From Desulfobacterales bacterium (GTDB lineage: Bacteria; Desulfobacterota; Desulfobacteria; Desulfobacterales; ETH-SRB1), in the NCBI GenBank assembly GCA_030610995.1, contig JAUWQO010000003.1:732-64731 (forward strand): a DNA stretch of 64,000 bases, read 5' to 3'. Both the position numbers and the translations under genes were made by a program. A model generated the notes under the pieces. The model was given only the letters and a program-made list of their open reading frames with translations, ran no database searches and was not told where the DNA came from. This document shows positions 1 through 9,281 of the stretch, one piece after another. Numbering within the stretch: position 1 is the first letter of the stretch; every line of letters begins with the position of its first letter.

Positions 1-852
1 TTCAGCCCCTTTTGACGTGCTGACATTGCCGGCAATCAGTTCAATATTTTTGAAATTGCTTTTTAATGTTTTTACTGCATCAATAACATTTTTTGTATGT
101 CCATGAGATGTATCTATTAATATAACATCTGCCCTTGCTTTGAGAAGGGCATGCGCTCGCTCCTCCATATCCTGACCGACTCCGACTGCCGCGCCGACCC
201 TGAGCCTGCCCAGGCTGTCTTTGCATGAGTTTGGATATTTTTTTATTTTTTCAATGTCTTTTATTGTTATCATCCCCTTGAGCCGGCCATTTTTATCAAC
301 CACAAGAAGCTTTTCAATCCTGTGTTTATGAAGCAACTTCTTGGATTCCTCCAAGGTAATTCCTTCTGAAACCGTTACAAGATTTTCCTTTGTCATAACT
401 TCAGAGACCTTCTTTTGCAGGTCTGTTTCAAATCGCAAATCCCTGTTAGTTACGATACCTACCAGTTTATCCCCTATTGTAACCGGAATCCCGGAAATGC
501 GATACTGCTCCATCAGCTTCAGCACTTCATGTACCAATTGATCCGGATGGATTGTAATCGGATCAATAATCATACCGCTTTCAGATTTTTTAACCTTGTC
601 AACCTCCAGAACCTGGCTTTTGATGCTCATATTGCGGTGTATAAAACCTATTCCCCCTTCACGTGACATGCTAATGGCTGTGTGCGCCTCTGTTACGGTA
701 TCCATGGCAGCGCTTACAATCGGGATGTTAAGCGCAATATTTTTTGTCAACATGGTTGCGGTATTAACATCTTTTGGCAGCACATCGGAATAGTTCGGAA
801 TTATCAAAACATCATCAAAAGAAAAAGCTTCCTCAGGTGGTATTTTTATCAT
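1..852 (-). CDS. guaB: IMP dehydrogenase, N-terminal 284 codons (3' end beyond window edge)
   Basis: Reverse-strand frame is open from ATG at 852 to position 1; it is absent from the ORF track because it is edge-truncated. Translation is MIKIPPEEAFSFDDVLIIPNYSDVLPKDV...REGGIGFIHRNM, then two CBS-like segments and ...ILIDTSHGH, which is the typical IMPDH layout. Confidence 0.9.
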   Translation of the reverse strand, partial: MIKIPPEEAFSFDDVLIIPNYSDVLPKDVNTATMLTKNIALNIPIVSAAMDTVTEAHTAISMSREGGIGFIHRNMSIKSQVLEVDKVKKSESGMIIDPITIHPDQLVHEVLKLMEQYRISGIPVTIGDKLVGIVTNRDLRFETDLQKKVSEVMTKENLVTVSEGITLEESKKLLHKHRIEKLLVVDKNGRLKGMITIKDIEKIKKYPNSCKDSLGRLRVGAAVGVGQDMEERAHALLKARADVILIDTSHGHTKNVIDAVKTLKSNFKNIELIAGNVSTSKGAE

Positions 853-1130
853 AAGTTTCCTCTATAAAAAATAATTTTTAGATCTTTGAAACAGCTTTTA
901 AAATAATGAAATCAAAAATAACAAATGGATTTACCTTTATCAATCTTTTATTTATTGCATTGAGAGCCTAATAGTATTTATAATTAATATTTGAACGAAA
1001 ATTAGTCAAAATTTCCCCTGCCTTCATCTTAAAGAGGGAATGACAAACTGGGCGGGAATTTGACTTTTACGAGTTTGTCATAATTGATGGTCTTGTAAAA
1101 AGTCGAATTAAAACACATCAACCTATTGCA

Positions 1131-1742
1131 ATGCTTATTAAAATAAATCCAAAAAATCCTCAAGCGCGTCTCATCGCAAAGACCGTTGAACTGCTCAAAA
1201 AAGGTGGGATAATCGCCTATCCAACAGATACCTTTTACGGAATAGGTTGTGATATTATGAACAAAAAGGCTATTGGAAAAATTTACCAGTTAAAGCAGAG
1301 AAATAAAAGCAAGCCTTTTAGTTTTATCTGCTCAGGGCTCAAAAATATCAGCCATTATGCCAAAATTTCAAATTATGCGTATAAAACCATGAAACGGCTT
1401 TTGCCAGGGCCTTATACTTTCATCCTGACAGGTTCAAAACTTGTGCCCAAAATTATGTTGACCAGGCGAAAAACCGCCGGCATACGTGTGCCTGACAATC
1501 CGATTTGTCTGGCGCTTGTGAAAGAACTGGGGAATCCGATTATTACAACAAGCGCAACAATGCCGGATGGAAGCATTATCAATGATCCATCCCTTATCCA
1601 CGATTATTTCCATTCAAGAATTGATATTGTAATTGATGGACAAGTCCCTGTCACGGGGAAACCCTCAAGTGTAATCTCCCTTATAGACGATATACCCGAG
1701 GTTATTCGTAAAGGCATTGGTGATGTGAGTATCTTTATGTAA
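1131..1742 (+). CDS. tsaC: L-threonylcarbamoyladenylate synthase (YrdC/Sua5 domain)
   Basis: 203-aa ORF with YPTDTFYGIGCD, KPFSFIC and GIRVPD segments typical of the YrdC fold. Confidence 0.8.
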   Translation: MLIKINPKNPQARLIAKTVELLKKGGIIAYPTDTFYGIGCDIMNKKAIGKIYQLKQRNKSKPFSFICSGLKNISHYAKISNYAYKTMKRLLPGPYTFILTGSKLVPKIMLTRRKTAGIRVPDNPICLALVKELGNPIITTSATMPDGSIINDPSLIHDYFHSRIDIVIDGQVPVTGKPSSVISLIDDIPEVIRKGIGDVSIFM

Positions 1743-1774
1743 CTCGGTATTTTTGTTGCAAAACCACTTTTATC

Positions 1775-2602
1775 TCAAAAAACTCGTCGCAGATATTCTT
1801 CTTTTTTTATAGATGTATATGAAGACATATCCGGAAGATCGAGCGATTTTTTTGCAAAATCAAACACCTGATTATAATCGAACCGTAAACCCATTCTTTC
1901 GTAGTAGTTTTCTAATATATTTTTTGGCCTTAAGTCTTTAAATTTGCATGGGATGGAAAGCGTGGGTATCTCTTTTTGCGAAATTATCTTAAGAATATCA
2001 TCGTTATTAGATTTGATCAAAGGCCTGAAAATCGTATATCCTTCCTTCATCTTTAGAAGGGGATAAAAACGCTGGGCTGTTTCTTTAAACCTGTAATTTC
2101 TTTCAGCATCGGTTTTATTGTCAGAATCAGAAAATATTTCAGACAGCAAATGCTCTACACAATAGCTGACAATGTCCCAGAGGGAATAACTAACTATGAG
2201 CACCAATTTGTTCCAGTCTGTTATCAAGCCGGTCAAAATTTTTTTTAGAATCTTTTTCCTAAGTTCTTGGCAGGCAAGACACGGGCTTGTTGAATTGTTA
2301 ATATAATCATCCGTCACATCCGGGTCATGCCATATTATATTTACGCCCTGTTTGCTCCAGTAAGATCCGATCCTCTCTTTTTCCTCATCTGAATATCTAT
2401 GTACAGGAAATGCCGCGGCATGCGCCTCAAAATCAAACCCGAAATCCTTTGCCGCTCTTAAAAGAAAATCCATAGCCGCTGATGAATCCTTTCCCCCTGA
2501 AAACAGCATATAATTATTTTTATCAGGAAGGCTCTCAAGTATCGACCTGTAATTCTCTTTCCACTTAAAATAACTCAAATCATAATTTAAGTGTATCTTC
2601 AT
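1775..2602 (-). CDS. PP-loop ATP pyrophosphatase family protein (TtcA/PAPS-reductase-like)
   Basis: SGGKDS PP-loop motif near the N-terminus (LFSGGKDSSAAMDF) and a CxxC pair (PCLACQ). Last gene of a minus-strand operon. Confidence 0.6.
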   Translation of the reverse strand: MKIHLNYDLSYFKWKENYRSILESLPDKNNYMLFSGGKDSSAAMDFLLRAAKDFGFDFEAHAAAFPVHRYSDEEKERIGSYWSKQGVNIIWHDPDVTDDYINNSTSPCLACQELRKKILKKILTGLITDWNKLVLIVSYSLWDIVSYCVEHLLSEIFSDSDNKTDAERNYRFKETAQRFYPLLKMKEGYTIFRPLIKSNNDDILKIISQKEIPTLSIPCKFKDLRPKNILENYYERMGLRFDYNQVFDFAKKSLDLPDMSSYTSIKKEEYLRRVF

Positions 2603-2607
2603 ATAGA

Positions 2608-3759
2608 TTATGGCCTTAAAATTGTGATGGTTTCGGCAGAATTGCTCAGCCGTTTCAAATTTCGCATATTTATTTCAACCCCCAGACCAGGACCAGCCAG
2701 AGGGCCTGCTTTGCCGCCCTGTCCAAAAGTAACATTTTCTTTTGTAATATTTTCCTTTAGCAAGAATTCATCATAAGAACCGTCATAATATAAGGCATCT
2801 TTACAAAGGAGACATAATGCCCTGCCCGCAGCAGAAAGAATGCCCGACTCGCCCAGGTGGCAACCGATCTGAAAAGCAACTTTGTTTTGCCTTAAATAGT
2901 CAATTATTCTAAGTGAATTTCTAAAGCCGCCGCATTTGGAAAGTCTTATGTTAACCATTTGATAACAACCTTCTCTTAGGATTCTTTTAACATCGCCAAG
3001 AGAACAGGCAGATTCATCGGCCATTAAGATAACGCCGCTGCCTTGAATCATTTCAGCAAAATGTGCAATATCCGGATCATCAGGCATTACAGGCTGCTCA
3101 ATAACCTTGACCCTGTACTTATCAATAAGCTGAAACTGTTTTAAGGCCTGGTCACGATCACCCGCGCCGTTAATGTCCACCCTTAAATCATAATTATAAC
3201 CGAACACCGAGCGGACTGTTTCAAGTATCTCTTTGTTTTGCAAATAATTTTTCCCCATTTTAATGCGCAGCTTATTGATTTTCTTTTTATCAATCAATTG
3301 ACATAGCTGCCTTATTCTCTGTTTGTTATCTATTGGGATTGTAGCTCCGTAGCAAACATTGCCTGTGTAAAAATCATTAGGAAAATATTGGGTTATATAT
3401 TTGTGTTGTTGTTTGCCTAAAGCATCTAATATGGCAGTCTCAATGGCGCAAATTGCGGAATTATGCTCTTTGCCGTTGGAAAGACTGTCAGTAAAATCTA
3501 AAACCTGTAAAATATCACTTAACTTCCATGGAAAGTTATTTTTTTCTACAAAACGTTTAATTATTTTGGCAGAGCTTTCTTGAGTTTCTCCTGTTACGTA
3601 TGAACGAGGCGCGCCTTCTCCATAGCCTTTAATTTTTCCCTGTTCGGCTATGACTTCAGCAACTATATTCTTTACTGATGATCTTTTTCTTAAAGAATGA
3701 GTAAAATCGGCTGAAAAAGGCAGTAATACCTGATAAACATTGACTTTATTTATTTGCAT
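2608..3759 (-). CDS. Enolase-superfamily enzyme (mandelate racemase/muconate lactonizing/dipeptide epimerase-like)
   Basis: 383 aa. KxK-type segment (LRIKMG) and metal-ligand-like DINGA, EQP and ADES segments at the spacing typical of MR/MLE family barrels. Confidence 0.7.
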   Translation of the reverse strand: MQINKVNVYQVLLPFSADFTHSLRKRSSVKNIVAEVIAEQGKIKGYGEGAPRSYVTGETQESSAKIIKRFVEKNNFPWKLSDILQVLDFTDSLSNGKEHNSAICAIETAILDALGKQQHKYITQYFPNDFYTGNVCYGATIPIDNKQRIRQLCQLIDKKKINKLRIKMGKNYLQNKEILETVRSVFGYNYDLRVDINGAGDRDQALKQFQLIDKYRVKVIEQPVMPDDPDIAHFAEMIQGSGVILMADESACSLGDVKRILREGCYQMVNIRLSKCGGFRNSLRIIDYLRQNKVAFQIGCHLGESGILSAAGRALCLLCKDALYYDGSYDEFLLKENITKENVTFGQGGKAGPLAGPGLGVEINMRNLKRLSNSAETITILRP

Positions 3760-5753
3760 TGATTTATATTTATATTGGGGAGGGTTAGCGTAAACGTAGT
3801 CCCTTCATCATCAACCTTGCTTTTTACTTCTATGGTTCCACCGTGATCCTGCATATTTTTATGGACAATAAACAGGCCCAATCCTGTACCGTTGTGTATA
3901 CTACTTTTATGCCTGGTGGTAAAATAGGGGTCAAATACCTTGTCAATTATAGGCTGAGGTATTCCAGGGCCATTATCTTTGATTACTATCTGAACAGCCT
4001 CACCTTTTCCACTTTTCATAATTATTTTTGTTGTAAATTCGATTCTTCCTCCATCTGGAGTAAAATCTATAGCATTTGAAAGCAGGTTTAAAATAACCTG
4101 TTTTATCTTTTCCGAGTCCAGCCATATCTGACCCATGTCAGGGGAATAATTACGCACAATATCGATATGTTTTGATTTGCTATGAGGTGAAGTAAGAAGA
4201 ATCATTTTATCTATCAGTTCATTAACATCGTTTAGCTCAAAGTGTAATTCTCTTGTTTTGGCCAGATCCATAAGCTCGGCAATGAGATTATTTATCCTTG
4301 CCGTTTCCTCCATTGCGATTTCATAAAACTCGGTTCTAAATTCTTCGTCATCATATTTTTGTGGCAGCATCTGGATGAATGCTCCTATGGCGGTCATTGG
4401 GTTTTTAATCTCATGAGCCAGTCTTGCCGCCATATTGCCAAGGAAGGAAAGCTTTTCAGCCCTGCTCAAAAGGGCCTGGGATCTTTTCAACTCCTCCATC
4501 TGCTCTATGAGCCTGTTGTATAGTTTTGCGTTTTCTATAGCGATGGCAATCTGTGGGGCAAAGATTTCCAGGGTTTCCCTTGTTTTCCTTGGAATTCCAT
4601 CTTCATCCACAGCATCTGTTGCAATGATTCCAATTACCTTGGATCTCGTTATAAGTGGAACAACGAATGCAGAGGTGGGATTAGCGCTCTTTAAGATGAT
4701 ATTTTTCTTTTTCAGCATTGAATTTTTTATGTCGGGAATATACTCGGACTGTCCTGTGCTGACCACTCTTGCCATTATGTTGCTCAAGCGATCCAGGGCA
4801 ACCGTATAGTTTCTGATCTCTTTCGGGACTTCACCATCAAAACCCATTCCATGCATATATTGAAGGCATTCTTTCTCATCATTTACAAGCATGATTATGG
4901 CCTGGTTTATTTCACATACATTTGATAAAATATTCATGATCAGGGTCAAAAGCTGTTTTAAGTCAAGTATGGAGAGAATTGCCTTTCCTGTATCCTGTAT
5001 GGCCAAAAGCTGCTTGATTTTATAATTAAGCTCGGCATTCAAGCGGTTGACTTCGTCATATTTTTGTTCAATGATTTCCCTGGCTTTTTCTGTCTCCTTA
5101 ATCGTTTCCAGCAAAACTGACCTGGTCGCAAAAAACCTTGATAAAATGCCATAAAACCAATTTTTGTAAGGCCATTGCGGATGGTATTCACAATAAGGCG
5201 CTCCTTCAAAATAACAGCATTTTTCTATCAGGGTAAGGGGTGTTGCGCCCCATGTTAGAGGTATAAAGGAAAGAATCCCTTGATTATATAAACATATATC
5301 TTTGGATGCATTTACTTCAGGATTCCAGTGCAATCTGATAATGGCGCTATTTTTATTTAATTCTACCAGTTCAACTTTTTTGCTTTTATTCCATTTGGCA
5401 TTTATTCTTTGAGCATTTTTAAAAACGCTGCGATATGAGCCAAAGACTCTGCATATTAAACTGTTAAAACCCAGGTCGGTTTTTTCAACAGCATATTTGG
5501 CAATCTTATAAGCAACCCTTTCGTCATGCAGAATCAATCTTGCCCTTTTGTATAATTTAGAAATTACGGCGCATGAAATCCAGTTGTTTGGATCTCGCAA
5601 AAAACTTTCAGGATCGGGAAGGCTGTCTATTTCAGGGTCAAGATCACGTAACAGTTCCAAACAATCGCCGTTGTTATGAGCCCTCATATAATTTATAATG
5701 GACCTGGAATTTATGCAGCTTGTTTCTCTTTCCATACAACATGCCTTTTGCAA
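3750..5753 (-). CDS. Sensor histidine kinase with GAF domain
   Basis: HisKA H-box (RLAHEIKNPMTAI), HATPase N/G boxes (LLSNAIDFTP, DNGPGIP, GTGLGL) and a central GAF-like region. Its 3' end overlaps the start of the next gene by 10 nt. Confidence 0.8.
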   Translation of the reverse strand: MQKACCMERETSCINSRSIINYMRAHNNGDCLELLRDLDPEIDSLPDPESFLRDPNNWISCAVISKLYKRARLILHDERVAYKIAKYAVEKTDLGFNSLICRVFGSYRSVFKNAQRINAKWNKSKKVELVELNKNSAIIRLHWNPEVNASKDICLYNQGILSFIPLTWGATPLTLIEKCCYFEGAPYCEYHPQWPYKNWFYGILSRFFATRSVLLETIKETEKAREIIEQKYDEVNRLNAELNYKIKQLLAIQDTGKAILSILDLKQLLTLIMNILSNVCEINQAIIMLVNDEKECLQYMHGMGFDGEVPKEIRNYTVALDRLSNIMARVVSTGQSEYIPDIKNSMLKKKNIILKSANPTSAFVVPLITRSKVIGIIATDAVDEDGIPRKTRETLEIFAPQIAIAIENAKLYNRLIEQMEELKRSQALLSRAEKLSFLGNMAARLAHEIKNPMTAIGAFIQMLPQKYDDEEFRTEFYEIAMEETARINNLIAELMDLAKTRELHFELNDVNELIDKMILLTSPHSKSKHIDIVRNYSPDMGQIWLDSEKIKQVILNLLSNAIDFTPDGGRIEFTTKIIMKSGKGEAVQIVIKDNGPGIPQPIIDKVFDPYFTTRHKSSIHNGTGLGLFIVHKNMQDHGGTIEVKSKVDDEGTTFTLTLPNININQCK

Positions 5754-5823
5754 TCAAATATAAGACTTCAAATGTTCATCCGACTTGATATGATATTTTA
5801 TTTTGTTAGCATTAGCGCCGGCT

Positions 5824-6801
5824 CTATGCAACCTTGCCAAAAGAAGGCCTAAGCTGTGGCAGATATAATGATTTTTCAACCATTATGCTGGATGATGGAA
5901 TCTGTTCGATGGCCGGATATTTTTTCCATTGGTACCATCCTTCGGGATGATTGTAAATGTATTGCTCCAGATATGTTAACACGATCTCTCCGACTGATGC
6001 ATTTGTTGATTGTTTGAACTGTTTTTTTATTTCTGCCATTGAAGCTGAAATAAACTTATATCGATGGTTATAATCTCTATGCATAATCCCGAACACCACG
6101 GAAGCGCCGCCCCTTTTTGAAATAATATTCATCGTTCTATCCAGATTTATCTCTTTACCCAAAAAGGATATTCTGTTATTTTTAGAAGGTCTCCATTCAT
6201 CTATCTCATCACACTGAGTAAGTACCACACGATTTTCTTTCAGGTTATCAAAAATGGCCTTTACAACATTAGGTGTATTATCGGCGTCGATAATTCTTGT
6301 TGAAAAGTTATTAGACTGTTTCATAGCTGTGTTACGCATGTGGTCTGAAGAAAATCTTACTATCATCGTTACAGGGTATTTCTTATCACAAAGAAAAGCC
6401 GGGATCAGCTCAATGCCTCCAACATGGCCGGTGATTAACAAAACGCCCTTGCCTCTGGAAAGCCCTCTTTTTATGGCTGTTAGGCCTGTACTTTCCATGT
6501 GTGTTCTTGCAAAAGCTCTGAGCGTTTCAGGAGATGAATATGCGTTAAAAAATTTTTCATAATAGTGAGATACTATTCCCCGGAAAATATTTCTGGTAAT
6601 CGACCTTATCTCAGGTCTACTTTTCCGGCCGGCAAATACCTCCTTAACAGAACTTTTTATTTTCCGCTTTTCCTTTCTCTTAAAGAAAAAATATAATTTC
6701 CCTAAAATGGTTATATAAAAAAAAGTAATTCTCCATCCAAGTTTCTTGCACATAAAAATGTTAAACCTTAATTGCAAAAAAGAACTTAAGTTTATCTTCA
6801 T
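5824..6801 (-). CDS. Lipid A biosynthesis (LpxL/HtrB-type) lysophospholipid acyltransferase family protein
   Basis: N-terminal membrane helix and an HX4E acyltransferase motif (ITGHVGGIELIP). The length fits the LpxL family. Confidence 0.6.
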   Translation of the reverse strand: MKINLSSFLQLRFNIFMCKKLGWRITFFYITILGKLYFFFKRKEKRKIKSSVKEVFAGRKSRPEIRSITRNIFRGIVSHYYEKFFNAYSSPETLRAFARTHMESTGLTAIKRGLSRGKGVLLITGHVGGIELIPAFLCDKKYPVTMIVRFSSDHMRNTAMKQSNNFSTRIIDADNTPNVVKAIFDNLKENRVVLTQCDEIDEWRPSKNNRISFLGKEINLDRTMNIISKRGGASVVFGIMHRDYNHRYKFISASMAEIKKQFKQSTNASVGEIVLTYLEQYIYNHPEGWYQWKKYPAIEQIPSSSIMVEKSLYLPQLRPSFGKVA

Positions 6802-6960
6802 TATAATTACCTCCCACGATTTATTATAATTAATGATTATGCCTATAAACCTAATAAACCTTCTTACACTAATTCAAAATGCATACAGCAAAATGCATGC
6901 CAAAAGAAAGATCTGATGCATTGCACAGTCAAAATAAGGACCGCTCTTCCGGATATTTTG

Positions 6961-7550
6961 ACCCTAAATGAGCGAAAAATTATGCTGCTTTCTTGATTTC
7001 AACGTCGCTGAGAGCAGTAGAAATTTTTTTATAAAGTAATTCGATAACAAGTTCCGAATTCAGTTCGGCCAGCGTTTTGAGCGAATCGGATGTAAATTGT
7101 TTAAGAGCGGTTGAAAACTTAGTTCGATGGGGAATAGGGGTTAAACATACAACACGGCAAAATAGCGGATCAGTTCTCAGATAACCAATATGCTGAAGCC
7201 GTTCGGCACCGATTAGGATCATGATCAGCAAAAGGAAAAGAATATTGCCGATCCCGTAATCGTCTTTAAACCCGTAACTTTTCAAAGCTTGCTTTAGCCG
7301 TGAATGAATCCGATGAACTGCCCCGCAGCAAGCTGCGGAGTATCAATCATTAGTATGGATACCCCATTTTATCGAAGCAAGCTTCGGGGAATTAGACCCA
7401 AAGAGATTAAAGAACGTTTTTTATATCTCATCTATAAAAGCCTTTCAGAATATGGGTTTTTGGTTTAGTCACCATATCTATACCCTTATTCTAAAGGCTT
7501 TTCCAGCTTTTTAAGGAGATAATTACTACTTTTTTTAACTCATTTAGGGT
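6961..7550. mobile_element. Degraded IS element / MITE-sized remnant bounded by perfect 12-bp inverted repeats
   Basis: ACCCTAAATGAG at 6961-6972 and its exact reverse complement CTCATTTAGGGT at 7539-7550 bracket a truncated transposase-like ORF. Confidence 0.5.
6980..7285 (-). pseudogene. Transposase N-terminal fragment (IS4/IS1380-like DDE family, truncated)
   Basis: 101-aa ORF. The segment ...GAERLQHIGYLRTDPLF...HRTKFSTALKQF resembles N-terminal regions of DDE transposases. No catalytic domain follows. Confidence 0.45.
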
Positions 7551-7670
7551 TTAATTTATCATTCCGCCAATTCCTGTTTCATAGGTATTTAATACTAATA
7601 TGATGCATAAAATTGTATAATTACATATTAAGACAAATATAACAAAAAGAAATTATATAAATAAATCTTA

Positions 7671-7698
7671 GCAAATGCACATATTTTTGTGCATTTGT
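7671..7698. promoter_or_regulatory. Palindromic operator candidate GCAAATGCACA-N6-TGTGCATTTG upstream of the sigma-54 activator gene
   Basis: Arms of 10/11 nt lie about 50 nt upstream of the ATG at 7747. The TGTGCA/TGCACA core is shared with the palindrome at 9128-9151. Confidence 0.3.
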
Positions 7699-7746
7699 GC
7701 TAAACATCTATTTGACGAAAATAAAAGTTTGTGGTGATATATTATT

Positions 7747-9090
7747 ATGGGGAAAGCTATAATTCTTGTTGTTGACGATGAACATGGAGTTCGCCAGGCC
7801 TTTAACATGGCGCTAAAGAACAAATATCGTGTCATTCTTGCCGGTACTGGTGAAAAAGCCATTGATATCTTTCAGAAAAATTCCATTGATCTGGTTTTGC
7901 TGGACATCCTCCTTCCTGATATTGACGGCATTGATCTTCTTAAAAAACTCAAACAGACAGATCCAAATACCGAAATTATTATGGCAACAGCCGTCAACGA
8001 TCTTCAGGTAGCAGTAAAAGCAATTAAATTAGGGGCTTATGAGTATATCATCAAGCCGTTTATTGTTGATGATGTATTAACCGTAATAGACCGGGCTTTA
8101 GAAAAACGGCGTCTTGTAAGGCAGGTCGCCTATCTTAGGAATGAACTCGAAAGGTATCATCCCTTTGAAAAGATGGTGGGCAAAGATAAAAAGATGAGAA
8201 ACATTTTTGAGTTGATATCGACTGTTTCTCAAAGTGACGGCACCGTACTTATTCAGGGAGAAAGCGGGACAGGCAAGGAACTTGTTGCCAGAGCGGTGCA
8301 TAACCTTAGCCCAAGGAAAAGTCAGCCTTTTGTAGTGATAAATTGTGCGGCCATACCTGCAACCCTGATGGAAAGTGAAATTTTTGGATATAATAAGGGG
8401 ACATTTGCAGGAGCTACAAGCACCAACATAGGAAAACTGGAAATAGCCGATAAGGGCACGGTTTTTTTTGACGATATAGATTCTCTGGATATAAATATGC
8501 AGGCCAAGCTCCTCATGGTCATCCAGGAAAAAGAGTTTCAAAGATTAGGCGATACAAGGCTTATTAAGGCTGACGTAAGATTCGTAGCAGCTTCAAATAA
8601 GGACATTAGCGACCTGATATTACGAGAAGCATTTCGGGAAGATCTTTTTTACCAGCTAAATGTCTTTCCAATAAAGCTTCCGCCTTTAAGGGAAAGAAGG
8701 GAGGATATCCCTTTGCTTTTAAATCACTTTTTTAAATTGTATGCAAAAAAGTCCGGCCGCCCTCAAAAAACGCTTTCTGAAAATGCCTTAAAGGTTCTAA
8801 TGGAATATGATTGGCCCGGAAATGTCAGAGAAATTCAAAATCTGGTGGAAAGGTTATGCACAATAAAACAAAATTTGGTTATTCAATTTAAAGATGTTGC
8901 AACACTTAGTATCAGCAAGAAAAAAATAACAGATAGCTCGCTCAAAGAGGCGGTAAGTTCTTTTGAAAAACAATATATTGCCGAAGTGCTTGAAATGGTT
9001 GACGGCAATAGAAAAAAAGCATCGGAAAAACTCGGCATTCATCGCAACACACTCCTTGCGAAAATTCATGAATACAGCCTGCATATATAA
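7747..9090 (+). CDS. Sigma-54-dependent response regulator (NtrC family)
   Basis: REC domain (ILVVDDEHGV...DLVLLDILLPD), AAA+ sigma-54 interaction domain (GESGTGKE, the GAFTGA-like loop GTFAGA, ...FRLN-type segments) and a C-terminal Fis-type HTH. Confidence 0.9.
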   Translation: MGKAIILVVDDEHGVRQAFNMALKNKYRVILAGTGEKAIDIFQKNSIDLVLLDILLPDIDGIDLLKKLKQTDPNTEIIMATAVNDLQVAVKAIKLGAYEYIIKPFIVDDVLTVIDRALEKRRLVRQVAYLRNELERYHPFEKMVGKDKKMRNIFELISTVSQSDGTVLIQGESGTGKELVARAVHNLSPRKSQPFVVINCAAIPATLMESEIFGYNKGTFAGATSTNIGKLEIADKGTVFFDDIDSLDINMQAKLLMVIQEKEFQRLGDTRLIKADVRFVAASNKDISDLILREAFREDLFYQLNVFPIKLPPLRERREDIPLLLNHFFKLYAKKSGRPQKTLSENALKVLMEYDWPGNVREIQNLVERLCTIKQNLVIQFKDVATLSISKKKITDSSLKEAVSSFEKQYIAEVLEMVDGNRKKASEKLGIHRNTLLAKIHEYSLHI

Positions 9091-9127
9091 TGATACCTTT
9101 AAAACCACTTTGTGCAAATAAACATAA

Positions 9128-9151
9128 ATTGTGTGCATCTTTGCACACAAT
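9128..9151. promoter_or_regulatory. Perfect palindrome ATTGTGTGCA-N4-TGCACACAAT upstream of the REC-kinase gene
   Basis: 10-bp arms with a 4-nt spacer. A related half-site TTTGTGCAAAT lies at about 9109-9119. Confidence 0.3.
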
Positions 9152-9281
9152 ACGCGGCGTCAACAGTCTATTTTTGCTCAAGCGGGATTCGAGTTCAAGG
9201 AAAGCAAGACAGTTGGCAGAGACAAAACAGATTGAAAATGATCTATCAAGTTTCGCCAAATCAGAATAGGAAATAAATATT

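Noticed and set aside
9091-9281. Search for a sigma-54 (-24 GG / -12 GC) promoter downstream of the activator gene
   Set aside because: TGGCAG at about 9213 and the TTTGC motifs lack the required 12-nt GG-GC spacing. No acceptable match was found by eye, so none is reported.
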